In this document: positions 25,417 through 34,219 of the stretch, in pieces | How positions within the stretch are numbered: position 1 is the first letter of the stretch | Layout of the letters: each line of letters begins with the position of its first letter | NCBI GenBank assembly: GCA_036505275.1 | Contig: DASXTS010000392.1 | Coordinates: 1-45,039 of the forward strand | Direction of reading: 5' to 3' | Origin: Pseudonocardiaceae bacterium | GTDB taxonomy: Bacteria > Actinomycetota > Actinomycetes > Mycobacteriales > Pseudonocardiaceae | Length of the DNA stretch: 45,039 nt | Notes under the pieces: generated by a model | What the model saw: only the letters and a program-made list of their open reading frames with translations | Told to the model about the DNA's origin: nothing | Databases searched by the model: none | Program-made: the position numbers and the translations under genes

Positions 25417-28400
25417 ATGCCTGAGCCAGCCGTGCCACCGGCACACTCACCGTTGCTGACGACGCTCGCAGAGCGGGTGATGGTCGCCGATGGCGCGATG
25501 GGAACCATGCTGCAGCGCGCCGATCTCAGCATCGACGACTTCGCCGGCCTCGAGGGCTGCAACGAGATCCTGAATGTGACCAGGCCGGACGTGGTGCTCG
25601 CCGTGCATCGCGCCTACCTCGAGGCCGGCGCGGATGCCGTCGAGACGAACACGTTCGGGGCCAATTTGCCCAACCTCGCCGAGTACGGCATCGCCGACCG
25701 GATCACCGAGCTGGCGTACGCCGCCACCACGCTGGCCAGGCAGGCTGTGGAGGAGTTCAGCACCGCCGACTGGCCCAGGTTCGTGTTGGGCTCCGTCGGT
25801 CCCGGCACCAAGCTGCCAACGCTCGGTCACGCGCCGTACACCGACCTGCGCGACGCCTACCTCGCCGAGTGCACCGGTCTGCTGGACGGCGGCGCGGACG
25901 CCCTGATCGTGGAGACCTGCCAGGACCTGCTGCAGGCCAAGGCCGCGATCATCGGCGCGCGCCGCGCTATGGCCGCGACCGGCATAGAAGTGCCGCTGAT
26001 CGCCCAGGTGACCGTGGAGACCACCGGCAGCATGCTGCTCGGCTCGGAGATCGGCGCCGCGCTCACCGCGCTGGAGCCGCTCGGCATCGATCTGATCGGC
26101 TTGAACTGCGCCACCGGCCCGGCCGAAATGAGCGAGCACCTGCGGCACCTCGCCAAGCACGCGCGGGTACCGCTGTCCGTGATGCCCAACGCCGGGCTGC
26201 CCGTGCTGGGGCCGGCCGGTGCGGTGTACCCGCTGACCCCGGACCAGCTGGCCACCGCGTTGGCCGCGTTTGTGCGGGAGTACGGGGTGCGGCTGGTCGG
26301 CGGCTGCTGCGGCACCGAGCCGAAGCACATCGGCGCGGTGATCGAGGCGGTCCGGGAGACCACGCCTGCGGTACGCCGGCCCCGGCCGGAGCCAGGAGTG
26401 GCATCGCTGTACTCGGCCACCCCGTTCCGCCAGGACACGAGCGTTCTCATGGTGGGGGAGCGCACCAACGCCAACGGCTCGAAGGCGTTCCGGGACGCCA
26501 TGCTGGCCGGGCGCTGGGACGACTGCGTACAGATCGGCCGCGAGCAGACCCGTGACGGCGCGCACCTGATCGACCTGAGCGTGGACTACGTCGGCCGGGA
26601 CGGTTCCGCGGACATGGCCGAGCTGGCCGGCCGGCTGGCCACCGCATCCACGCTGCCGATCATGCTGGACTCCACCGAGCCGGCGGTACTGCAGGCCGGG
26701 CTGGAGCGCCTCGGCGGGCGGTGCGCTATCAACTCGGTGAACTACGAGGACGGCGACGGCCCCGACTCGCGGTTCGCCCGCATCATGCGGCTGGTCCGCG
26801 AGCACGGCGCCGCGGTGGTCGCGCTGTGCATCGACGAGACCGGCCAGGCGCGCACCGCCGAGTGGAAGGTCCGGGTGGCCACCCGGCTCATCGAGGACCT
26901 CAGCACCAACCACGGCGTGCGGACCGAGGACGTCATCGTCGACTGCCTGACGTTCCCGATCTCAACCGGGCAGGAGGAGGTGCGCCGGGACGCCATCGAG
27001 ACCATCGAAGCGATCCGCGAGCTCAAGCGCCGTTACCCCAACGTGCAGACCACGCTGGGCGTGTCGAACGTGTCGTTCGGCCTGAACCCGCCGGCCAGGC
27101 AGGTGCTCAACTCGGTGTTCCTGCACGAGTGCGTGCAGGCCGGGCTGGACACCGCGATCGTCAGCGCGGCGAAGATCCTGCCGATGGCCCGCATCCCGGA
27201 CGCCCAGCGGCGGGCCGCGCTCGACCTGGTCTACGACCGGCGCCGCGACGGCTACGACCCGCTCACCGCGTTCATGGCGCTGTTCGAGGGCGCCACGGTG
27301 TCCTCGAACAAGGCGACCCGGGCCGCTGAGCTGGCCGCGCTGCCGCTGTTCGAGCGGCTGGTGCGGCGCATCGTGGACGGCGAACGCAATGGCCTGGACG
27401 CCGACCTGGACGCCGCACTGCAGCAGCGGCCCGCGCTGGAGATCATCAACGACACCCTGCTAGCCGGCATGAAGACCGTCGGCGAGCTGTTCGGCTCGGG
27501 GCAGATGCAGCTGCCGTTCGTCCTCGCCTCGGCCGAGGTGATGAAGGCCGCGGTGGCCCACCTCGAACCGCATATGGAACGCGCCGACGACTCCGGTAAG
27601 GGCCGCATCGTGCTCGCAACCGTCAGGGGTGACGTGCACGACATCGGCAAGAACCTGGTGGACATCATCCTCACCAACAACGGCTACGAGGTGATCAACC
27701 TCGGCATCAAGCAGCCGATCTCCACCATCTTGGACGCCGCCGAGCAGCACCGCGCGGACGCCATCGGAATGTCCGGGCTGCTGGTGAAGTCCACGGTGAT
27801 CATGAAAGAGAACCTCGAGGAGATGAACTCCAGAGGGGTCGCCGCCCGCTGGCCGGTTCTGCTCGGTGGCGCGGCGCTGACCAGGGCGTATGTCGAGAAC
27901 GACCTCGCGGAGCTGTACCTGGGGGACGTCCGGTACGCGCGCGACGCGTTCGAGGGGCTGCGGCTGATGGACGCGGTGATGGCCGCCAAGCGCGGCGAGT
28001 CGCCGCATGCCGATCCGGTGGAGGCGGCCAAGGCGGCCGAGCGCAGGGCGCGACACGAGCGGTCGGCGCGGATCGCCGCCCAGCGCAGGGCGCGCGAGGA
28101 GGCGGCCGCCGGCCTCGGCGCCGATGGGAACGCGCCGGGGCGCTCCGACGTGGCCACCGCCGTCCCGATCCCCACCCCGCCGTTCTGGGGCAGCCGGGTC
28201 GTCAAGGGCATCGCGGTGGCCGATTACGCCGCCATGCTCGACGAGCGGGCCACCTTCCTCGGCCAGTGGGGGCTGCGCGGCGCCCGCAGCGGCGCCGGCC
28301 CGACCTACGAGGACCTGGTGGAGACCGAGGGCCGGCCACGGCTGCGCGCCTGGCTGGACCGGCTGGCAGCGGACGGTGTGCTCGCGCACGCGGCCGTGGT

Positions 28401-28983
28401 GTACGGCTACTTCCCGTGCGTCGCCGACGGCGACTCGCTGATCGTGCTGCGCGAGCCGCAACCCGATGCCGAGGAGCGCTGCCGGTTCACCTTCCCGCGG
28501 CAGCGGCGCGACCGCCGGCTGTGCCTCGCCGACTTCTTCCGGCCGCGCCAGCTGGCCCTGGCCGCCGGTGAGGTGGATGTGCTGCCGGTGCACCTGGTGA
28601 CCATGGGCCAGCCGATCGCCGACTACGCCAACAACCTGTTCACCAGCGACGCCTACCGCGACTACCTGGAGGTGCACGGCCTCGGCGTGCAGCTCACCGA
28701 GGCCTTGGCCGAGTACTGGCACCGGCGCATCCGCGAGGAGCTCCGCTACGCCGACCAGGACCCGGACAACATCGAGGACTACTTCAAGCTGCGCTACCGC
28801 GGCGCCCGGTTCTCGCTCGGCTACGGCGCCTGCCCGAACCTGGAGGACCGAACCAAGATCGTCGACCTGGTCGAGCCGGAGCGGATCGGAGTCAAGCTGT
28901 CCGAGGAGTTCCAGCTGCACCCCGAGCAGTCCACCGACGCGCTGGTCGCCCACCACCCGGAAGCGAAGTACTTCAACGCATGA
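25417..28983 (+). CDS. metH: cobalamin-dependent methionine synthase
   Basis: 1188 aa with the Hcy-binding, pterin-binding, B12-binding (GDVHDIGKN, the DxHxxG motif) and AdoMet-activation modules in the canonical order. Confidence 0.95.
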   Translation: MPEPAVPPAHSPLLTTLAERVMVADGAMGTMLQRADLSIDDFAGLEGCNEILNVTRPDVVLAVHRAYLEAGADAVETNTFGANLPNLAEYGIADRITELAYAATTLARQAVEEFSTADWPRFVLGSVGPGTKLPTLGHAPYTDLRDAYLAECTGLLDGGADALIVETCQDLLQAKAAIIGARRAMAATGIEVPLIAQVTVETTGSMLLGSEIGAALTALEPLGIDLIGLNCATGPAEMSEHLRHLAKHARVPLSVMPNAGLPVLGPAGAVYPLTPDQLATALAAFVREYGVRLVGGCCGTEPKHIGAVIEAVRETTPAVRRPRPEPGVASLYSATPFRQDTSVLMVGERTNANGSKAFRDAMLAGRWDDCVQIGREQTRDGAHLIDLSVDYVGRDGSADMAELAGRLATASTLPIMLDSTEPAVLQAGLERLGGRCAINSVNYEDGDGPDSRFARIMRLVREHGAAVVALCIDETGQARTAEWKVRVATRLIEDLSTNHGVRTEDVIVDCLTFPISTGQEEVRRDAIETIEAIRELKRRYPNVQTTLGVSNVSFGLNPPARQVLNSVFLHECVQAGLDTAIVSAAKILPMARIPDAQRRAALDLVYDRRRDGYDPLTAFMALFEGATVSSNKATRAAELAALPLFERLVRRIVDGERNGLDADLDAALQQRPALEIINDTLLAGMKTVGELFGSGQMQLPFVLASAEVMKAAVAHLEPHMERADDSGKGRIVLATVRGDVHDIGKNLVDIILTNNGYEVINLGIKQPISTILDAAEQHRADAIGMSGLLVKSTVIMKENLEEMNSRGVAARWPVLLGGAALTRAYVENDLAELYLGDVRYARDAFEGLRLMDAVMAAKRGESPHADPVEAAKAAERRARHERSARIAAQRRAREEAAAGLGADGNAPGRSDVATAVPIPTPPFWGSRVVKGIAVADYAAMLDERATFLGQWGLRGARSGAGPTYEDLVETEGRPRLRAWLDRLAADGVLAHAAVVYGYFPCVADGDSLIVLREPQPDAEERCRFTFPRQRRDRRLCLADFFRPRQLALAAGEVDVLPVHLVTMGQPIADYANNLFTSDAYRDYLEVHGLGVQLTEALAEYWHRRIREELRYADQDPDNIEDYFKLRYRGARFSLGYGACPNLEDRTKIVDLVEPERIGVKLSEEFQLHPEQSTDALVAHHPEAKYFNA

Positions 28984-29663
28984 TCCGGCACGGCGGAGGT
29001 CTCGCCGCCGTGCTGTGGGACTTGGACGGCACGCTGGTGGACTCCGAGCAGGTCTGGACCGCGGCGCTCACCGGACTGGCCAGCCAGCTCGGTGGCGAGC
29101 TGTCGCACGCAGCGCGGGAGGCGATGGTCGGCAGGAACATCGGAATGAACATCCGGTTGCTCTTCGACGACCTCGCGCTGCAGGTGGACGCCGCCGCGGC
29201 GGCTCGGGCGCAGGACTGGCTGGCGGCGCGCGCCGCGCAGCTCTTCGCCGGGCCGCTGCCGTTGCGGCCGGGCGCGGCGGAAGCCCTTGCCTCGGTGCGT
29301 GCCGCCGGCCTGCCGTGCGCGCTGGTCACCAACACCGAGCGGGCGATCACTTTGGTGGCCCTGGAAAGCCTCGGGCCGGACAACTTCGAGGCCGTGGTGT
29401 GCGGCGACGACGTGGCCATGCCCAAGCCGGCGCCGGACGCCTACCTGCGCGCCGCCGCCCTGCTCGGCGCCCCACCGGCACGCTGCGTCGCGGTCGAGGA
29501 CTCGCCGACCGGGGTGGCGGCGGCCGAGGACGCCGGCTGCCCGGTGCTGGTCGTGCCGTGCTTGCTGCCGGTGCCGGCCGGGCGCGGCAGGGTGTTCCGC
29601 GAGTCGCTGGCCGGCCTCACCGTGCCAGAGCTGGAATCGCTGGTGGCAGCGCAGGCGGCGTGA
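28980..29663 (+). CDS. HAD-IA family hydrolase/phosphatase
   Basis: ATGA overlap with metH. Motif I is WDLDGTLVDS. Confidence 0.8.
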   Translation: MIRHGGGLAAVLWDLDGTLVDSEQVWTAALTGLASQLGGELSHAAREAMVGRNIGMNIRLLFDDLALQVDAAAAARAQDWLAARAAQLFAGPLPLRPGAAEALASVRAAGLPCALVTNTERAITLVALESLGPDNFEAVVCGDDVAMPKPAPDAYLRAAALLGAPPARCVAVEDSPTGVAAAEDAGCPVLVVPCLLPVPAGRGRVFRESLAGLTVPELESLVAAQAA

Positions 29664-29865
29664 ATTTCGGCCGGCCGCGGCGTGTCGGATACCATTTCGA
29701 TCGAATGTCGGCTAGTGCTCAGCGCAATTCACCGAGTGGTTCGCTCGATGGGCTGATCATTGCCGCATACGGTCCGCGGAAACCGCGTTTGCGGCAGACT
29801 AACCGGCGGGCCAACGGCCCGTTACCAATGAGTTACCGCTTACTACCGAGTTACCGCGAGGAGGA

Positions 29866-29885
29866 AACGTGATCAGCATCACGTT
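29866..29885 (+). promoter_or_regulatory. hairpin/palindrome AACGTGAT-cagc-ATCACGTT enclosing the GTG start of the small ORF
   Basis: Perfect 8-bp inverted repeat read directly from the sequence. Confidence 0.4.
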
Positions 29886-29946
29886 GTTGCCATTACTGTT
29901 GCACCTGGATCTCGGGCTGTTGGTGACGATCGGCACCAGCATCTGA
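29869..29946 (+). CDS. candidate 25-aa hydrophobic small ORF (VISITLLPLLLHLDLGLLVTIGTSI)
   Basis: GAGGAGG lies 4 nt upstream of the GTG. The ORF sits in an unusually AT-rich 290-bp spacer and contains a TTA codon plus several TTG codons. There is no other support. Confidence 0.3.
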   Translation: MISITLLPLLLHLDLGLLVTIGTSI

Positions 29947-29953
29947 CAATCCG

Positions 29954-31231
29954 TCAGTCACCCAAATTCGTTCGAATCTCGGCGAATTCCACCGGCATTG
30001 CAGACGGGCCGCGCAGCGTGGCGTTCTCTTTGTACGGTGGGGGATCGGCGAGCAGGCGCGGCGCGCTGACCCGTTGGGCAAGACGGGTCAGCGCCAACCG
30101 GCCTTCCAGTCTGGCCAGCGGCGCTCCGAGGCAGAAATGCGTGCCCATACCGAATGCCAGGTGCCGCGGTTCGCGCCACGGGTCGAACCGGTCGGGATTT
30201 TCGTAGACAGCGGGGTCGCGCTGGGCCGCGGCCAGCAGCAGGAGCACCACGTCACCGCCGGCGATGTCCACCTCGCCGATCCGCATCGGCCCCGCGGCCA
30301 CCCTGGCCAGCAGCTGCACCGGCGGGTCGTAGCGCAGGGTCTCCTCGACAATGCCAGCGGCCAGCCCGGGGTCGGCCCGCAGCGCCTCCAACATCGTGGG
30401 GTTACGCAGCAGCGCCAGGGCGCCTGCAGAGATCAGGTTCACGGTGGTCTCGTGGCCGGCGATCAGCAGCAGCACACAGGTTGAGATGAGCTCGCCGGTG
30501 CTCAGCTCGTCGCCGGCTTCCCTGGCGGCGATAAGCGCGGACAGCAGGTCATCGGTCGGCGCGCTGGACGACCGGTTGCCGGCGCGCCTGGTGGCCACCA
30601 ACTCCTCGAAGTAGCGGTGTACCTCGACGGCGGCCCGCATCTGGTCGTTCACGGTGCCCGAACGCTGACCGGTGATCGCGAACACCGGGTCAAGCGACCT
30701 GGCCAGCAGCGCCGACCACCGGCGGAACATCGGCTCGTCGGCCAGCGGCACACCGAGCAGCTCGCAGATCACCGTCACCGGCAGCGGGTAGGCCAGGTCG
30801 GCCACCACATCGAGCGAACCGGCCTCGGCGGCCCGGTCCAGCGCGGCGTCCACCAGCTCAGCGATCCGCGGCTGCAGCCGCTGCACCACCCGCGCGGTGA
30901 ACGCCCTGGACACCAGCCGGCGCAGCCTGGTGTGGTCAGGCGGGTCGCGGAACAGGAACGCCGGCTCGTCCAGCGATGCCGGTGCGCCTTCCGGCAGCAG
31001 CTCGCGCATCGCGGCACGGTCCACCGGCAGGGTGGCCAGCGAGCGGTCGACGCTGGCCAGCGGGTCGCGCAGCATCGCGCCGCAGTCCGCGTACGAGGCG
31101 AGCACCGCCACCGGGGCCGGGTCCAGCCGGAACGGCGCGGCCGCCAGCAGCCGCGCGTAGAGCGGATAGGGATCGTGCCGCACGCCTTGGTCGAGCAGCG
31201 CCATCAGATCGGTGGCCTGAGCGGTCGTCAT
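29954..31231 (-). CDS. cytochrome P450
   Basis: Heme-binding loop FGMGTHFCLGAPLARLE, an EETLR K-helix and an AGHETT I-helix. Confidence 0.9.
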   Translation of the reverse strand: MTTAQATDLMALLDQGVRHDPYPLYARLLAAAPFRLDPAPVAVLASYADCGAMLRDPLASVDRSLATLPVDRAAMRELLPEGAPASLDEPAFLFRDPPDHTRLRRLVSRAFTARVVQRLQPRIAELVDAALDRAAEAGSLDVVADLAYPLPVTVICELLGVPLADEPMFRRWSALLARSLDPVFAITGQRSGTVNDQMRAAVEVHRYFEELVATRRAGNRSSSAPTDDLLSALIAAREAGDELSTGELISTCVLLLIAGHETTVNLISAGALALLRNPTMLEALRADPGLAAGIVEETLRYDPPVQLLARVAAGPMRIGEVDIAGGDVVLLLLAAAQRDPAVYENPDRFDPWREPRHLAFGMGTHFCLGAPLARLEGRLALTRLAQRVSAPRLLADPPPYKENATLRGPSAMPVEFAEIRTNLGD

Positions 31232-31237
31232 GTTTCG

Positions 31238-31243
31238 ACACTA
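31238..31243 (-). promoter_or_regulatory. -10 hexamer TAGTGT for the leaderless P450 gene
   Basis: Minus strand: cTAGTGT-cgaaac-ATG, giving a 6-nt spacer to ATG 31231. Confidence 0.4.
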
Positions 31244-31260
31244 GGATGTCGACACCGGGA

Positions 31261-31306
31261 GTCGTGAGTGGAATGCAGCGCTATGGCAACGCTTTCTGGT
31301 CACGAC
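31261..31306. repeat. 46-bp inverted-repeat element, copy 2 (divergent: termini GTCGTGAGTGG ... GTCACGAC are conserved)
   Basis: It has the same length and the same terminal heptamer GTCGTGA/TCACGAC as copies 1 and 3, but the interior differs. Confidence 0.6.
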
Positions 31307-31307
31307 C

Positions 31308-31313
31308 TATGGT
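31308..31313 (+). promoter_or_regulatory. -10 hexamer TATGGT for the leaderless LolA/RseB-like gene
   Basis: cTATGGT-cggctg-GTG, giving a 6-nt spacer to GTG 31320. Confidence 0.4.
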
Positions 31314-31319
31314 CGGCTG

Positions 31320-32453
31320 GTGTCCGGGACGGTGGTGAGGTGGCACCGCTGGCGGCGCTGGCTGGCGGTCGCGGCCGGCGCCGCCACGCTGCTGGCAGTC
31401 CCTGCGGTGGTGCACCGGCTGCCGACTCGATCAGCGGCCGAGCCGAGCGTCCAGGTGCTGCGCGAGCGGGTGCTCGCCTCGGGCGGGCAGCCGTACGCCG
31501 GTTACGCGGAGAGCATCGGACAGCTCGGGATGCCGCCGCTGCCCCAGCTCGCCGACGTTGCGACCCTGCTCAGCGGCACGGTCCGGGTACGGGCCTGGTA
31601 CGCGGCGCCGGACCGGTGGCGGGTCGACATGCTCACCACGGCCGGCGAGCGCGGCACCTACCGGGTCGGCGGCACCGAGCTGGTCTGGGACTACGAGGAC
31701 GACCGGCTCACCGGCATCATCGGCCCGGTGGCGGTGCGGCCGCCGAGGGCCGCCGACCTGCTGCCGCCGGAGTTGGCGCGCAGGCTGCTGGGTCTCGCGG
31801 CGGGCGACCCGGTCACAGCGCTGCCGCCGCGGCGGGTGGCCGGCATCGATGCGGCCGGCCTGCGGCTGACCCCGAGCGACCCGTCGACCACGGTCGGCGC
31901 CGTCGAGGTGTGGGCCGAACCGGCGAGCGGGCTACCGCTGCAGGTGCAGGTGACGGCCCGCGGCGCGGACCGCCCGGTGCTGGTAAGCCGGCTGCTCGAG
32001 GTCAGCATGGCGGCCCCGCCGGCTGCGGTGCTGCGGCCCTCGCCCGGGCCGGGCTCGGCGGTCGACACCGTTAATGCCGCCGAGGTCGCCGGCGTGCTGC
32101 GCGGCCTCGGCTCGGCCACGCTGCCGGCCCGGCTCGCCGGCCGCGACCTGGTCATTCCGTCGGCCGACCTTCCCTCGGTCGGCCGCTACGGCGACGGCCT
32201 CGCCGGCTTCGTGGTCGTGCCGCTCGGTCGCGGGCTGAGCACCCGGCTGCTCGACGGGGCCCGTAGCGCCGGGGCCGTGGACCTGACAACGCCGAGCATC
32301 GCCACCGCGGTGCGGCTGCAGACCCCGGCGCAGACTCCGCTGCTGACCGTGGTCGTGGTCCGGGTGCGCCGGCTGGGCTACCTGATGGCCGGCGCGGTCA
32401 CCGCACCGGTGCTCGAGCAGGCCGCCGCCGAGCTCGCCGGCGGCAACGAATGA
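31320..32453 (+). CDS. membrane-anchored LolA/RseB-like (lipoprotein-carrier-fold) protein
   Basis: One N-terminal TM segment (WLAVAAGAATLLAVPAVV). It is followed by ...YAGYAES.G.L..P.LP........LL.G....R.WY..PD.WRVD, which resembles MucB/RseB/LolA-like N-domains. The gene is translationally coupled to the ABC ATPase. Confidence 0.5.
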   Translation: MSGTVVRWHRWRRWLAVAAGAATLLAVPAVVHRLPTRSAAEPSVQVLRERVLASGGQPYAGYAESIGQLGMPPLPQLADVATLLSGTVRVRAWYAAPDRWRVDMLTTAGERGTYRVGGTELVWDYEDDRLTGIIGPVAVRPPRAADLLPPELARRLLGLAAGDPVTALPPRRVAGIDAAGLRLTPSDPSTTVGAVEVWAEPASGLPLQVQVTARGADRPVLVSRLLEVSMAAPPAAVLRPSPGPGSAVDTVNAAEVAGVLRGLGSATLPARLAGRDLVIPSADLPSVGRYGDGLAGFVVVPLGRGLSTRLLDGARSAGAVDLTTPSIATAVRLQTPAQTPLLTVVVVRVRRLGYLMAGAVTAPVLEQAAAELAGGNE

Positions 32454-33376
32454 TCCACACCAGCGGCCTGACCAAGCGCTTCGGCCACCGGACCACGGCC
32501 GTCGACGACGTCGCGATCGACGTCGCGGAGGGTGACCGGTACGGGCTGCTCGGCCCCAACGGCTCGGGCAAGACCACCCTGCTGCGGATGGTGCTCGGCC
32601 TGGTCTACCCGTCGAGGGGGCACATCGAGCTGCTGGGCTGCCCGGTGCCGCGGCGGGTGGCCGACGCGTTGCCTCAGGTCGGCGCGCTGGTGGAGGGCCC
32701 GGCCGGCTACCCGCATCTGTCCGGACGCAGCAATCTGGCGCTGGTGGACGCCGCCGGTCCGGACGCTGGTGCCGGCGGCCGGCGCACCCGGCGTCGGCGG
32801 ATCGAGGACGCGCTCGAGCGGGTTGGCCTGGCCGGCATCGACCGGCGCCCGCTGCGGGCGTACTCGACGGGCATGCGCCAGCGGCTCGGGCTGGCCGCCG
32901 CGCTGCTGCGCCGGCCCCGGCTGCTGGTGCTCGACGAGCCGACCAACGGGCTGGACCCGGCCGGCAGCCGGGAGGTCCGCGCGCTGCTGGCCGAGCTGAA
33001 CGCGGACGGCACCACGATCCTGCTGTGCAGTCACCTGCTCGCCGAGGTCGAGCAGCTGTGCACCCGCGTCGGGATCATGGACCGGGGCCGCCTGGTGCTG
33101 CAGGATTCGCTCGGGGCATTGCGCGCGCCCACCGGGCGGGTGATCGTGGACAGCCCGGACGCCGACGCGGCGGCGGCGCTGCTGGACAGCCGGGTCGAGG
33201 CGCGAAGCGGCAGCCGCCTGGTGGTCCGGCACGCGGAGCCGGCCGAGCTGAACGCCCTGCTGGTGGCGGCCGGCGTGCGCGTGGCCGAGCTGACCCACGA
33301 GCGGCACACCCTCGAGGAGATAGTGCTGCGGCGCACCGGCGCCGGCACCGACCGGGTGGCCAAGGTGCGGCCGTGA
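32450..33376 (+). CDS. ABC transporter ATP-binding protein
   Basis: Walker A GPNGSGKT, signature YSTGMRQR and Walker B LLVLDEPT, with an ATGA overlap upstream. Confidence 0.9.
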   Translation: MIHTSGLTKRFGHRTTAVDDVAIDVAEGDRYGLLGPNGSGKTTLLRMVLGLVYPSRGHIELLGCPVPRRVADALPQVGALVEGPAGYPHLSGRSNLALVDAAGPDAGAGGRRTRRRRIEDALERVGLAGIDRRPLRAYSTGMRQRLGLAAALLRRPRLLVLDEPTNGLDPAGSREVRALLAELNADGTTILLCSHLLAEVEQLCTRVGIMDRGRLVLQDSLGALRAPTGRVIVDSPDADAAAALLDSRVEARSGSRLVVRHAEPAELNALLVAAGVRVAELTHERHTLEEIVLRRTGAGTDRVAKVRP

Positions 33377-34203
33377 TCAGGGTCGAGCTCGCCAAGCTGG
33401 TGCGCCGGCCGCGGGTCTGGCTGTGCGTGGCGCTGCTGTGCGCGCTGCCGACCCTGGTCGCCGTGCTGCTGGCCACCACCAGGGTGGCCCCGGCGCCCGG
33501 CCGCGGCCAGGCGTTTCTGTCCGCGGTGCTCTCCAATGGCCAGCTGTACCCGGCGGCCGCGCTGGCCATCGTGCTGCCGATCTTCCTGCCGATCACGGTC
33601 GCGGTCGTCGCCGGGGACGCGGTGGCCGGCGAGGCCAGCGCCGGCACGCTGCGCTACCTGCTCGCCCGGCCGGTCGGCCGCACCCGCCTGCTCGTCGCCA
33701 AGCTGGTATCCATCGCGGCGTTCGTGCTGCTCGCGGTCGCCGCGGTGACCGTGACCGGCTACCTGGTCGGGGTCGCGGCATTCGGCTTCGGCCCCGGCGC
33801 GGCGCTCGGCCAGCCCGGCGCCGTCACGTCACTGTCCGGGGTGCAGCTCAGCCCAACACAGCTGGCCTGGCGGCTGGCCGGCACGGTCGGCTACATCGCG
33901 CTGTCGATGATCGCGGTGGGTGCCATTGCGTTGTTCCTGTCCACGGTCACCGACTCCAGCCTCGCGGCCACCCTCGGCGCGCTGGCCGTGGTCGTCGCCA
34001 GCGCCGTGCTGACCCCGCTGGACGCCGCCGCCGCGATCACCCCGTACCTGCCGACCACCCGCTGGCTGGCCTGGGTGGACTTCTTCCGCGAGCCGATCTT
34101 CTGGCGGGACATCCGCGGCGGCGCCCTGGTTCAGCTCGGCTATGTGACGGTGCTGCTCGGCGCCGCCTGGGCCAACTTCACCACCCGCGACATCACCAGC
34201 TGA
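33373..34203 (+). CDS. ABC-2 family permease
   Basis: GTGA overlap with the ATPase. The product is a six-TM-like hydrophobic protein. Confidence 0.8.
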   Translation: MIRVELAKLVRRPRVWLCVALLCALPTLVAVLLATTRVAPAPGRGQAFLSAVLSNGQLYPAAALAIVLPIFLPITVAVVAGDAVAGEASAGTLRYLLARPVGRTRLLVAKLVSIAAFVLLAVAAVTVTGYLVGVAAFGFGPGAALGQPGAVTSLSGVQLSPTQLAWRLAGTVGYIALSMIAVGAIALFLSTVTDSSLAATLGALAVVVASAVLTPLDAAAAITPYLPTTRWLAWVDFFREPIFWRDIRGGALVQLGYVTVLLGAAWANFTTRDITS

Positions 34204-34219
34204 GCCGGTGGACAAGTCG

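Noticed and set aside
31270-31300. A SigR/SigH-type promoter (GGAAT-N18-GTT) inside element copy 2.
   Set aside because: GGAAT is present at 31270-31274, but the bases 18 nt downstream are TTT, not GTT. No acceptable spacing gives the -10 motif.
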